Of a stretch of 64,000 nt of DNA, positions 26,181-36,136 are shown piece after piece. The translations under genes were made by a program, and so were the position numbers. The DNA is from Bacteroidales bacterium (GTDB taxonomy: Bacteria; Bacteroidota; Bacteroidia; Bacteroidales; JAAUTT01), in the NCBI GenBank assembly GCA_038320545.1, contig JBBQEI010000001.1, positions 4,213 through 68,212 on the forward strand, read 5' to 3'. A model generated the notes under the pieces. That model was given only the letters and a program-made list of their open reading frames with translations, was not told the DNA's origin and did not search any database. How positions within the stretch are numbered: the first letter of the stretch is position 1; each line of letters starts with the position of its first letter.

Positions 26181-26567
26181 TTAAGCCTCTATCTCCCTTA
26201 ACTCAACGGGTATGTCCAAAAGGCTGCTGTAATCATTTCCCGATTCGAACATGTCTTCGTCGTTTTTATGATAGTACCATATAATTCTCACATCATTTTT
26301 ATCGCTTAAATATATATTTTCCAAAAGTTTAAAAATATACAACACCAATTTACTGGTGCTGGTATTGAAGTAATCCAATCGTACCAACAATTCTATTTTG
26401 GGAAGTTTTTCCTTTTTCAGATTTTTAACCCATTCTATAACCTGGTCATAAAACTTCATCGGATCTTCTGGATATGATGTTCCCTCTATTCTTAGCTCAC
26501 CAGTGGTTTTAAAGTGAACCAGAGGTGTCTGTTCTCTTTTATCGGCAGAAAGGTGTAAGTCGGTCAT
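26181..26567 (-). CDS. DUF1987 domain protein (SiaC-like partner-switching component)
   Basis: TPLVHFKTTGELRIEGTSYPEDPMKFYDQVIEWV...LDYFNTSTSKLVLYIF matches the DUF1987 pattern (TP.v.f...g.l.i.G.S.PEn...fY.P...W....l.YfNSsSsK). Confidence 0.65.
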   Translation of the reverse strand: MTDLHLSADKREQTPLVHFKTTGELRIEGTSYPEDPMKFYDQVIEWVKNLKKEKLPKIELLVRLDYFNTSTSKLVLYIFKLLENIYLSDKNDVRIIWYYHKNDEDMFESGNDYSSLLDIPVELREIEA

Positions 26568-26935
26568 AATGAATAGATAAAAGACTCCTGTTGTTTTTGA
26601 ATCTTTTATTAAATATAGTATTTTTATCGTTGATTCTTCAAATTGGAATAACTTATTAAAATAGGATGGGCCAACATGCTGAAAAACCTTAGCATTTCAT
26701 TGCAAACTCTGCCTAGTTCCCTCCTCCAACTCCACCCTCGTTCATAGTAGCTTGTTTTTTGGGTTCAAAAATTCATCAACGCAACCCTAAGGAGAATAAC
26801 CAGTCTAGTAATAAAATCGAAAAAGTTAATTGTAAAGCTTTTTTCTTACCTTGAAATAACCAGTTTCGAAATGGAGCATTTTGAGATAAAATTAAATCAG
26901 TTTTACTATTATTTCATCACAAACAAATTATAATA

Positions 26936-27733
26936 ATGAGAGCCAAATTATTTATTGGGTTGGTGTTTTATCTTTTTGTAGGAAAAGCACTGGCGCAGGA
27001 GTTACGTCAAAAAAATCTAAGTTTTGAAACCGGAATCGATTTTATTTTCAGTGAACCAACGAAAATGGATTTTGTGCGGGGAGATGTGCCATCGTACTAT
27101 AACCTGGGAGAAGCAACTTCCAATCTTTCGAGCCTTCAGTTTAAAAATTATCTGGGTATTAAAGCTGAAGTTTTTACACTGAATAACAAGTTTGCATTAA
27201 CAGGTGGAATACGGTATACACATCTGTATGGAGCCATTGGAAAACAATCGTACTGGTATGTAACAACTTCCGATTTTTTTTACGTGCTTGTTACTCAAAA
27301 TAACAGTAATACAGAGTTAATGAAGGTGAAGGAAGTTACTCAATCGTCGCATTATGTTGGAGTGCCATTGGAATTAAAATTTTTTCCTATGTCACCACAT
27401 CTCATTCAAATCTACTTTAAAGCTGGCCTTGAATTCAATTTTAGGGTAAAAACAAAAACTGATGTTGTTTTTTCAAACGACGACATGAGTATATATAAAA
27501 ACAAAATAGCTGATTTAGTGAGAAATCCCGGTAATTTTTGTGCTGTTGCCAATGGTGCAGCCGGATTAAGAATAGGCAGACCTTACAAAATTAATTTTTC
27601 GCTCGAAGGAAATTTACCGGTAGTTTTTATAACCCAGGAAACTACAGGAGTTGTAAACCCGCTATCTGGTGTCGGTTTCCAGTGTAACCTATATATTCCT
27701 CTTAAAAAAGTTAATCAGAATCTAAAAAATTAA
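26936..27733 (+). CDS. outer-membrane beta-barrel protein (porin-family-like)
   Basis: Signal peptide MRAKLFIGLVFYLFVGKALAQ and alternating beta-strand pattern. Confidence 0.55.
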   Translation: MRAKLFIGLVFYLFVGKALAQELRQKNLSFETGIDFIFSEPTKMDFVRGDVPSYYNLGEATSNLSSLQFKNYLGIKAEVFTLNNKFALTGGIRYTHLYGAIGKQSYWYVTTSDFFYVLVTQNNSNTELMKVKEVTQSSHYVGVPLELKFFPMSPHLIQIYFKAGLEFNFRVKTKTDVVFSNDDMSIYKNKIADLVRNPGNFCAVANGAAGLRIGRPYKINFSLEGNLPVVFITQETTGVVNPLSGVGFQCNLYIPLKKVNQNLKN

Positions 27734-27737
27734 AATA

Positions 27738-28349
27738 ATGAAATATTTACTGTTACTTCCAATAACAATCATGATTTTAGCAAGTTGCTCAAAAGATAAT
27801 GAACTTCAAAAATCAATTTATGTTAGGGATTCTAAAAATCCCGAATTGCCTGCTTATTCCGAATGGGGATACAACACCTTTGGGGCATATTACGATCGTC
27901 AGCCTTTTGTTTCTAACGATTATGAAGTGCCTGCAAAGTTAATCGTGGCGGATGGTTCAACTTCTTTTTTCTTAACAGGGCAAATTGGTCCGTATTATAA
28001 TTATTCCGATGCCAATATGACGGTGACTTTTATATTAAGGAATTTTGCTCCAAATCTATATAATCAACTGATATTGCTTAACGATAGTGTTATTGATCTC
28101 AAAAATCCGCTCATCGAAGTCAAAATTAACATTGAAAACACAGAAAGTGAAGTGAAAATTTTAAATGGAAAGCTTGAATTTAAACATGCCCGTAATTTAA
28201 TTGTTGATACAAAGCCTGTAGGGGTGATACTTTCTGGTTATTTTGAATTCCAGGCGGTAGTCGATACAAAGCCTGTTACTATGTCGGACGGAAGGTTTGA
28301 TGTTGGTGTTTTAAGGGATAATTTTTATGTGATGGATGAAGTGGATTAA
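27738..28349 (+). CDS. hypothetical lipoprotein
   Basis: Lipobox ILASCSKD. It starts 4 nt after the preceding gene, so the two are probably co-transcribed. Confidence 0.5.
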   Translation: MKYLLLLPITIMILASCSKDNELQKSIYVRDSKNPELPAYSEWGYNTFGAYYDRQPFVSNDYEVPAKLIVADGSTSFFLTGQIGPYYNYSDANMTVTFILRNFAPNLYNQLILLNDSVIDLKNPLIEVKINIENTESEVKILNGKLEFKHARNLIVDTKPVGVILSGYFEFQAVVDTKPVTMSDGRFDVGVLRDNFYVMDEVD

Positions 28350-28443
28350 CAATAGGGATGTGAGAAGAATTTATTAGTGTGTAATGCCAGACAAGACAAT
28401 TTTAAAAAATATTAATACTTTTATTGCACTAAAATGAAAATGA

Positions 28444-28899
28444 ATGCATATCCTCTTCCTTTACAGTCAGCAAAATACTATATTGCTCCAAAAGCCTTTA
28501 CGGGGACAGGAAGAAATCAGCTTTGACATTTCATATATTGCTGCAGTTCTCGAGCAGGAATCGCATACCTGCGAATTGGTAGTTTTAAATAGTAATCACG
28601 ATATTTTAGTTGCTGTTCAAAAAGTCAGGGAAAATAATATTGGCGTTGGAATCTTTAATCTCATTGGTTTACCCCAAGAAACTGAAGTGGATTATCAGGC
28701 CACATTGCAACTGAATCAACAAATCCAGCCCGACTGGCATGCTACATCCATTTTCTTTCCATATCCCGGAACCGACCTTTACGACAGGGTTAGAGCTATG
28801 GGATTAATGCCAGCCAATCTTCCCGGAAAGGATGAGCGTCAGATGGCCAGGATCAGTTATCCTGATTTCAGTAAATGTCCAACAGAGTGGTGTACTTAA
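28444..28899 (+). pseudogene. internally deleted B12-binding radical-SAM gene remnant
   Basis: The N-terminus (ILFLYSQ...DISYIAAVLEQESHTCELVVL) looks like the start of a B12-binding domain. It runs straight into the C-terminal radical-SAM region (GLPQETEVDYQATLQL...FFPYPGTDLY). The CxxxCxxC core is absent. Confidence 0.55.
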
Positions 28900-28914
28900 A
28901 ATCCGATTTTCGAT

Positions 28915-30180
28915 ATGTTTAAAATATTCAAAACCGATATATTTTCTCTTTTTTCCTCTTCTCTTGCCGGACAGATCATTCACATTCTGGCATTACCTTT
29001 ACTTACTGCATGGTTTAGCAAAACTGAAATTGGAGCTTTTTTCTTTTTTCAAGCACTCGTTATCATGGGCTCTATTTTTGTTTCACTTCAAAGTGAACAG
29101 GCAATCGTGGTCGAGAGCAATGTAAAAAGCTATACTTGCTTCAAAAAGTCTATTCTGATCGTATTTGTATTGTCTCTGTTCGTATTTCTTGTTTTGGGTA
29201 TATTTCCTTCAGTAATTGAACTTGTTTCAGGAAAATCGACAATTTCGGAATGGATAATGTATGTTCCGCTTGCATTGTTTATTGTGGGTTCGACAAATTC
29301 TACTGAATATTTGTTTACCTATGAAAAGCGATTTTGGCTGATTTCCTTTTTTAGGATTACCAGGCCATTATCTATTTACCTGTTTATTTTTGTATTTAGT
29401 TTTTTTGGTCATAACTCTCACAATACCTTAATTCTAGGATTTATCGCCGGAAATGGGTTAATTCTTTTATCCCAGGTTTTGGTGTTAAGCCGCAATAAAC
29501 TTTGTTGGTTTAGTAAAAAGGATTTTTCATTAGCCGATTTTAAACTTTTCTATCAAAAACATAAAAAGATTTTAGTTTTTAATACCATTTCTTCCGGTAT
29601 AGTTATAACATCCATGCAAATTCCGTATATTTTTATTTCAGCAGTATTTGGCGAAGCTTACAGTGCGTTTTATGGAATGTCGATGCGAATTGTTGGTATG
29701 CCATTAAGTATATTGGGACAAAGTTTTGGTCAGGTGTTTTTCCCAAAAATCTCGCAAATAAATTATCAAAGACACAGCATTTTCCCTTTCGTAAAAACAT
29801 TAATATTCAGACTTTATTCTTTTGGAATTATTCCGTTTTTACTGATCATTGTTTTTGTTCCCAATCTCTTTCAGCTATTCCTTGGATCAGGGTGGGATAT
29901 GGCTTCTTTGCTGTCGCGGGTATTGCTTCCCTGGTTGTTTGTGTTAATGGTGAGTGCGCCTGTTTCCAATGTTATTTCAGTATTGGGAATTCAATTAAAA
30001 ACAATTTATTACGATATTACTTTATTTTTATTTCGGATTATTGGATTATATATTTGTGTCAGCTTTAATGCGGGTTTTATAACCACCATGGCCATTTTCT
30101 CCGGAATAGGAGTGGTGTTTAACCTGTTTTTTCAATTTTTGATTTTACATTTTTCAAGAGTTCATACATCCGCATCGTGA
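28915..30180 (+). CDS. Wzx-like oligosaccharide/polysaccharide flippase
   Basis: 421 aa with about 12 TM spans. N-terminus SSSLAGQIIHILALPLLTAWFSKTEIG is typical of the Polysacc_synt family. Confidence 0.65.
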   Translation: MFKIFKTDIFSLFSSSLAGQIIHILALPLLTAWFSKTEIGAFFFFQALVIMGSIFVSLQSEQAIVVESNVKSYTCFKKSILIVFVLSLFVFLVLGIFPSVIELVSGKSTISEWIMYVPLALFIVGSTNSTEYLFTYEKRFWLISFFRITRPLSIYLFIFVFSFFGHNSHNTLILGFIAGNGLILLSQVLVLSRNKLCWFSKKDFSLADFKLFYQKHKKILVFNTISSGIVITSMQIPYIFISAVFGEAYSAFYGMSMRIVGMPLSILGQSFGQVFFPKISQINYQRHSIFPFVKTLIFRLYSFGIIPFLLIIVFVPNLFQLFLGSGWDMASLLSRVLLPWLFVLMVSAPVSNVISVLGIQLKTIYYDITLFLFRIIGLYICVSFNAGFITTMAIFSGIGVVFNLFFQFLILHFSRVHTSAS

Positions 30181-31298
30181 AAGAAGATCAGATTGATTTG
30201 ATTTTTACCGGTGACCTTTGTTGTCACAATCGTTTTGCCCAAAAACTGGAAAGCGGAGAAGAGATTATTTCTGACAGGCTTAAAAATTTACTCAAAGAAG
30301 CAGATTCTGTTATATTCAATTACGAAGGGAGTTCGTTTGGAGTTAAACCTGCAGTATCGGGGAAAACAAACCTTAAAAATTCACTGGAAATAGCTCCATA
30401 TTTAAGTTCATTTTCAAAACCTGTTTTCAATCTGGCCAACAACCATACTATGGATTATGGCAAAGAAGGATTGATTCAGACAATCGAAGAATTTCAGAAA
30501 AAAGAGTGGCAAAATTTTGGAGCAGGGGAATCATCCAAAGCAGCTTCAACGCCTTTTATGATACAAAAAGGTGATCTGAAAATAAATATTTGGGGTATCC
30601 ATGCTTATTCCTCTGATGTTTCCGGGCACTCCAACTTCGGTTTGAATGGCCTGAAAAGCATGAAGTATATTAAAAAAGCAATTAAAATTCAAAGGGATAA
30701 TCAAAAAAATATAATTTGCATTCATGGAGGGGAAGAATTTACTTTTTATCCAATGCCCGAAAAAAGACGATTGCTACAAAAAATTGCAATGGGAATACGT
30801 CCTGATGTGATTCTTTGCCATCATTCCCATACCATTCAAGGTGTTGAAATTGTTAATGGTACATTGGTATTTTACTCTTTAGGAAATTTCATGTTCGATT
30901 TTCCATCTCATGCAATTTACGATGACACTCAACATGGATTATTGGTGAAACTTCATATTAGAAAGGATAAAATCAGTTTCCAATTATCAGGTATTAATTG
31001 CGATTTATCCGGAATTATAATTGATACATACGATCTTAATACTATACCTGAAATCGAAAATCGTTTGGATATATCTGATTATAAGCAAAATATCGGGCCA
31101 GATGCACACAGAGTTATATTTGAGTCTAAAAAGAACAGGAACAAAATACTTCCGCAGGTGGCAAGCGATAGGAAAAAATATATTTTTTCAATCAATCGTC
31201 TACGACTGTTATTAAGTATATTAAGTGACCGGTTTTTAATTTCATTATATTACCAAGCATTAAAATATAAATTTTTTGTTCGTGCTTTCAGAAAATAG
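30177..31298 (+). CDS. CapA-family metallophosphatase (PGA_cap)
   Basis: FTGDLC, NLANNHTMDYG, IHGGEEF, CHHSHTIQG and SLGNFMFD are CapA/metallophosphatase motifs. 4-nt overlap with the flippase gene. Confidence 0.75.
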   Translation: MKEDQIDLIFTGDLCCHNRFAQKLESGEEIISDRLKNLLKEADSVIFNYEGSSFGVKPAVSGKTNLKNSLEIAPYLSSFSKPVFNLANNHTMDYGKEGLIQTIEEFQKKEWQNFGAGESSKAASTPFMIQKGDLKINIWGIHAYSSDVSGHSNFGLNGLKSMKYIKKAIKIQRDNQKNIICIHGGEEFTFYPMPEKRRLLQKIAMGIRPDVILCHHSHTIQGVEIVNGTLVFYSLGNFMFDFPSHAIYDDTQHGLLVKLHIRKDKISFQLSGINCDLSGIIIDTYDLNTIPEIENRLDISDYKQNIGPDAHRVIFESKKNRNKILPQVASDRKKYIFSINRLRLLLSILSDRFLISLYYQALKYKFFVRAFRK

Positions 31299-32856
31299 TT
31301 TTAAGACAGAAGTTCCCGGAAATATTACTTCCCAGGGATATTGTTTCAATGGAAGCAATCTGTTGTGTGATAATGAAATTGCTGAGTTGTTTACACAGGT
31401 TGTCGATTTTAAAGCATTTTGGTTAATCAATAGCCAAATAAATGGTATTTACAGCATCTACATAAGGGTTACCAATGAGATCTGGTTATATGTCTCCCCG
31501 GGTGGGTTTCATAAGTTGTATTACAGCAAAACTGATTCAGGATATACAATTTCAAAAAGAGCAGGTGACTTGTTTGATGGACATTTGGATGAAGAAAGCA
31601 TGCTTGAATACCGGTCATCATTATTTTGCTGGGGAAATAAAACATTGTACAAAAATGTTTTTTCAGTTGAACCCGGAAATGCAGTTTTGGTAGCAGAATC
31701 ATTCATAGAAACTAAGAAATTGTTTAGTTATGCGGTGAATGCTTCTGAAATTTTCACTCAATCGTTTGAACAATTAAAATTGAATGGCAAAAAAGTTTTC
31801 GATAATGTAACAGACCGGATGATCAGCTTTCTGGGTGGTCGTCAGGCAGTAGTTCCCCTAAGCGGCGGTTATGATTCAAGGTTTGTTTTATCTGCATTGG
31901 TTTCGAAGGGTTATAGAAACATTGTCGCTGTAACTTATGGCATTAAGGAAGTTCCCGAATTTACCAATGCTCAGAAAGTTGCTCTTAAATTAGGTATTAA
32001 GTGGTACTTTATCCCCTATACTGAAGATTTGCTAAACGAATTACTGCAAAGTTTTGATTTGGATTCATATTTCGATTATATGGTGAATGGCAATTCTTTT
32101 CCCAGTATGCACGAAATGATTGCTTTATCGTACCTGAAATCTAACAGATTAATCGAATTAAATGCTGTTTTTATTCCGGGACATTCGGGTGATATGCTTG
32201 GGGGAAGTCAGTATATCAAAGCATTTGAAACAAATTTAAAGTATAATCAGATTTCATTGCAGTTGTTAAATAAAAAGTTTGACCCCTCTTTTTATTCAAA
32301 GAGCGATTTTTTAAAAAAAAAATTGGAAATCTCAGCTTTAGTTGAAAAAAGTTATCCATCTGATTTAGTTCCAACTACCATTTATGAAGACATCGATATG
32401 TCTGAAAAGCTATCGAAGCATATTTTAAATTCGTCCAATGCTTATGTTTATTATGGCTACTCCTGTTATTTCCCTTATTGGGACAAGGAATTAATTGAAT
32501 TTTTCAGACATGTTCCTGTTACATTTAAAATGGAAAAGAGATTGTATAACACAATATTAAAGGAATATTTCTTTGATAAGTTAAGTATTTCCTTTGAACA
32601 GGAACTCCATCCTTCACTGTTTAAAATGAAAGCTCAGAATATTAAGAATCAAATTAAAAAGTTCTTACCTAAAAAAATTTTATATCATTTTACAAGGAAA
32701 AACGACTATTATTTATACAACCAGATTACAAGCAAATGGAGAGAGGAAATGGAAAAGAAAGGCTTTATCACAAAAGGGACACATTTCAATTACAATTCTC
32801 TGATAGCGCAATGGGTTATTTACAAAATGAAAAATCAGGTTAATTTCTCCGAATAA
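31276..32856 (+). CDS. asparagine-synthetase-B-like ATP-pyrophosphatase protein without the N-terminal catalytic Cys
   Basis: PP-loop VVPLSGGYDSR. No MCG start, so the N-terminal glutaminase domain is probably degenerate. The start is uncertain (the track uses TTG at 31276, which overlaps capA). Confidence 0.6.
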   Translation: MFVLSENSFKTEVPGNITSQGYCFNGSNLLCDNEIAELFTQVVDFKAFWLINSQINGIYSIYIRVTNEIWLYVSPGGFHKLYYSKTDSGYTISKRAGDLFDGHLDEESMLEYRSSLFCWGNKTLYKNVFSVEPGNAVLVAESFIETKKLFSYAVNASEIFTQSFEQLKLNGKKVFDNVTDRMISFLGGRQAVVPLSGGYDSRFVLSALVSKGYRNIVAVTYGIKEVPEFTNAQKVALKLGIKWYFIPYTEDLLNELLQSFDLDSYFDYMVNGNSFPSMHEMIALSYLKSNRLIELNAVFIPGHSGDMLGGSQYIKAFETNLKYNQISLQLLNKKFDPSFYSKSDFLKKKLEISALVEKSYPSDLVPTTIYEDIDMSEKLSKHILNSSNAYVYYGYSCYFPYWDKELIEFFRHVPVTFKMEKRLYNTILKEYFFDKLSISFEQELHPSLFKMKAQNIKNQIKKFLPKKILYHFTRKNDYYLYNQITSKWREEMEKKGFITKGTHFNYNSLIAQWVIYKMKNQVNFSE

Positions 32857-33416
32857 ATATCCCAGTCGTAAGGCCTGCTTTTAGGGGTAATTGTATGGTT
32901 ATCATTGTTTTTTTTCACGGTACTTTTCGAAGGGATAATACCCTGGATTATGCAACCTGCGCCAATAGTAACTTCGTCGCCAATTTGAGTGCCTGGTAAA
33001 ATCACGCAATTAGCGCCAATCCAGACATTACTTCCAATTGTAACACCTGTTGGTCCCCATGTTTTGCGTTGGTCGTACTTATTGTGATTGGTGGTAACAA
33101 TTACTGTGTTAGCAGCTATTTCAACATTATCACCGAAAGTAAGTCCCCCATATGCATTAATATAAATTCCGGGATTATCGCCGGGGTCGCACATAATCCC
33201 CTTTTTTATAATTTCCCAGCCAATCACTTTACTTCTGAAATCTACCGGCCATGGAATACTGCGGTTAATTCCCAAAACTTTTTGCATAAAGAAATAGCGT
33301 TTCAAAACCTGGTAATGTTTGATATAACCTTGACGAGGCCTTTTATATTGAGAATAAGCAAGTTTAACGATGAATCGAAAAACAGTTTGATCAAAGGAAT
33401 CTAAAATATTTCTCAT
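32835..33416 (-). CDS. hexapeptide-repeat O-acetyltransferase (WcaF/LacA-like)
   Basis: Hexapeptide repeats IGDNVEIAANTVI, IGSNVWIGANCVILPGTQIGDEVTIGAGCII. The 3' end overlaps the convergent AsnB-like gene by 22 nt. Confidence 0.75.
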   Translation of the reverse strand: MRNILDSFDQTVFRFIVKLAYSQYKRPRQGYIKHYQVLKRYFFMQKVLGINRSIPWPVDFRSKVIGWEIIKKGIMCDPGDNPGIYINAYGGLTFGDNVEIAANTVIVTTNHNKYDQRKTWGPTGVTIGSNVWIGANCVILPGTQIGDEVTIGAGCIIQGIIPSKSTVKKNNDNHTITPKSRPYDWDIYSEKLT

Positions 33417-33738
33417 TTTATAGGCAAAACATAATTTTTATTAATACAAAAGTATAAATTTGCTATTTACAAATTAGAACATTTTATTTCTGACCAAAAG
33501 CGAAATGAACTTATTTACTTATTTTTTGTCTGTTTTCCTAAAAGAGTTCATTAAAGGACAATCAAAGAAAAACTCTAGTTTAAAAGATAAAATACTGACA
33601 TTTATCACTTAAATTAGTGGTTTCGTTGAAAATTCCAAATATCCCCTAAAAAGAGGATAATTATTTATACTGCTTACTTTACATTTGTTTCTATAATAAT
33701 TTTAAAAACCCTTAATTAAAACCCTTAATTGAAAACCT

Positions 33739-34305
33739 ATGAAAAAAATTACTAAAATCTTTGTTGCAATAATAGCTGTTGGTATTCTGGCTTCAGCTCA
33801 GATGTCTGTTAAAGGCCAAGCATTTGAAAAAGGAAGTATGGTTGCTAATGCTGGACTTGGTTTCGGTTGGTATAGTTATGGATATGGTAATGTAACATCG
33901 TTACCAGCAATTAGTGTCAGTCTCGAAAAAGGTATAAAAGATTTTGATTTTGGTACATTGGCAGTTGGTGGGATTGTAGGATTTAAACATGCATCTTTGG
34001 GATCTGCTTATGGATCAGATTGGTCATGGACTGATTATATTATTGCAGCCAGGGGTGCCATACATGCCGATTTATTTAAAGTTGAAAAATTAGATACTTA
34101 TGCTGGTGTAGCTTTGGGTTTAAGATTGGAAACTTGGAAATATGAAACGGCATTTACTGGAAAAGCTACAGAATCCTCAACTAACGGACTTTTTGCTTTA
34201 TATGCAGGTGCCCGTTATTATTTTACTGAAAAATTTGCAGCTTTTGGTGAAGTAGGTTATGGTTTAGGTTATCTGACTCTTGGTGTAAGCTTGAAATTAA
34301 AGTAA
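33739..34305 (+). CDS. small outer-membrane beta-barrel protein
   Basis: Signal peptide MKKITKIFVAIIAVGILASAQ. G/Y/A-rich strands and the C-terminal LGVSLKLK are barrel-like. Confidence 0.55.
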   Translation: MKKITKIFVAIIAVGILASAQMSVKGQAFEKGSMVANAGLGFGWYSYGYGNVTSLPAISVSLEKGIKDFDFGTLAVGGIVGFKHASLGSAYGSDWSWTDYIIAARGAIHADLFKVEKLDTYAGVALGLRLETWKYETAFTGKATESSTNGLFALYAGARYYFTEKFAAFGEVGYGLGYLTLGVSLKLK

Positions 34306-34328
34306 ATATTATTTCAAATAACTTCTCG

Positions 34329-34365
34329 AACCCTGCAGCTACCCACTGCAGGGTTTTTGTTTTTA
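34329..34365 (+). terminator. rho-independent terminator
   Basis: aaccctgcag ctaccca ctgcagggtt followed by tttgttttt. Confidence 0.8.
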
Positions 34366-34456
34366 AAAGAAGGGGTTCGAAAATTACCCAATACAAAATT
34401 TTCCAAATGCATCATTTGTTTTTAAATGATTATTTTTAATGAAAATTTATTTAGCT

Positions 34457-35869
34457 ATGCGAACAAAAATTATTTTATCTGCTTTGATGATATTGTTGAT
34501 GTCCCAACATGTTTTTGTAAATGCACAAAAGGTAACGAAAGGTAATAAGCCCCAAATTTGGGTGACAAGCCCTTTAAACTCGGTGTTTTTTACAAACCAA
34601 TCATGTGCCATACATTCTCAAAAGGGGAAAGACTTACCTGTAATACTTATCGACGATTCTAATATTTACCAAACCATTGACGGATTTGGATACACGCTCA
34701 CCGGTGGCAGTGCACTTCATTTACACAATATGGACAATGCAAGCCGGGCAGCCTTGTTAAATGAACTTTTTGCAACCGATGGTAATAACATTGGAGTGAG
34801 TTACCTAAGAATAAGTGTTGGCGCTTCCGATCTCGATGAAAAAGTTTTTTCATATAACGATTTGCCTGCCGGCGAAACTGATGTGGAAATATCAAAGTTC
34901 GATTTGGGTTACGATAAATTATATCTCATCCCGGTATTAAAGGAAATTCTCGCTATTAATCCGAAAATTATGATCTTAGGTTCTCCATGGAGCGCTCCTG
35001 TTTGGATGAAAACCAATAAAGACACAAGGGGTGGTAGTTTAAAACCCGAATATTACGATGCTTATGCCAAATATTTTGTAAAATACATTAATTCATTGAT
35101 GGCTGAAGGTATTATTATTGATGCCATTACTGTTCAAAACGAACCTTTACATCCGGGCAATAATCCAAGTATGTTTATGCCCGATACCGCTCAGGCAAAT
35201 TTCATCAAAAAAAGTCTGGGGCCAATATTTGCATCTAATAATATAAAAACCAAAATAATTGTTTACGATCATAATGCCGATCGTCCCGATTATCCTTTAA
35301 CCATTTATAAAGATGCAGAGGCATCTAAATATATTGATGGTGCTGCTTTTCATCTATATGGAGGGAAAATAGATGCCTTAACTGCTGTTCACAATGCGTT
35401 CCCTGATAAAAACCTTTATTTTACCGAACAATGGGTTGGTGCTCCCGGCAATATGGTGGGCGATATATCATGGCATGTTAAAACATTAATTATCGGAGGA
35501 ACCAGAAACTGGTGCAAAACTGTGTTAGAATGGAACCTGGCTAATAATTCAGAAAACAAACCTCATACCGATCGTGGAGGTTGTGACAGGTGCCTGGGTG
35601 CAGTTACCATCGATGGTAATGATGTTAAGCGAAATCCTGCTTATTACATCATAGCTCATGCTTCGAAATTTGTACGTCCCGGATCGGTTCGGATTGAATC
35701 AAACTTAGTGGAGGGATTGCCTAACGTAGCTTTTAAGACTCCTGAAGGTAAAATTGTTCTTATTGTATTTAACGATGGAGCCAGTTCAACCCAATTTAAC
35801 ATCAGCATTGAAAACAAAAAATACACAGTTACATTGGATAAAAGAGCAGTCGGAACCTTTGTCTTTTAA
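34457..35869 (+). CDS. glycoside hydrolase family 30 (glucosylceramidase-like)
   Basis: IDGFGYTLTGGSA, GSPWSAPVWMK, ITVQNEP (acid/base Glu) and YFTEQW (nucleophile Glu) are GH30 blocks. I prefer the start at 34457 (MRTKIIL, signal peptide). Confidence 0.8.
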   Translation: MRTKIILSALMILLMSQHVFVNAQKVTKGNKPQIWVTSPLNSVFFTNQSCAIHSQKGKDLPVILIDDSNIYQTIDGFGYTLTGGSALHLHNMDNASRAALLNELFATDGNNIGVSYLRISVGASDLDEKVFSYNDLPAGETDVEISKFDLGYDKLYLIPVLKEILAINPKIMILGSPWSAPVWMKTNKDTRGGSLKPEYYDAYAKYFVKYINSLMAEGIIIDAITVQNEPLHPGNNPSMFMPDTAQANFIKKSLGPIFASNNIKTKIIVYDHNADRPDYPLTIYKDAEASKYIDGAAFHLYGGKIDALTAVHNAFPDKNLYFTEQWVGAPGNMVGDISWHVKTLIIGGTRNWCKTVLEWNLANNSENKPHTDRGGCDRCLGAVTIDGNDVKRNPAYYIIAHASKFVRPGSVRIESNLVEGLPNVAFKTPEGKIVLIVFNDGASSTQFNISIENKKYTVTLDKRAVGTFVF

Positions 35870-35886
35870 GCTGTTATTTATTTTTG

Positions 35887-35927
35887 GAGAAAGGTCGTAG
35901 CTGGAAGTTACGACCTTTCTCTTTTTT
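35887..35927 (+). terminator. rho-independent terminator
   Basis: gagaaaggtcgta gctggaagt tacgacctttctc followed by tttttt. Confidence 0.85.
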
Positions 35928-36136
35928 ATGAGGAACATGATGAACTAGGTTGTTTTAACCTTATTATTTTATATGTTTGTTCAATAACGTAATTAGATCA
36001 ATTTTTAAAAGGAATTACTGGATACTAAGGTTTAATGATTATTTTGGGCGTAATAATGCTGAGAAATGGAATTTTGTAATTTTATTAATTTAAGCTATTT
36101 CCTGTAATGCAAATTTTAAATTTAAACAAAAACATT

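Noticed and set aside
28832-29125. 97-aa ORF overlapping the radical-SAM remnant and the flippase start
   Set aside because: It is an out-of-frame overlap with a well-supported membrane-protein gene, and its hydrophobic, low-complexity composition is a frame artefact.
33706-33733. Direct repeat aaaacccttaatt x2 upstream of the OMP gene as a second copy of the MITE terminus
   Set aside because: Only about 11 nt are shared with the MITE TIR (aacccttaatt), which is too short in AT-rich DNA to claim homology. I mention it only inside the MITE finding.
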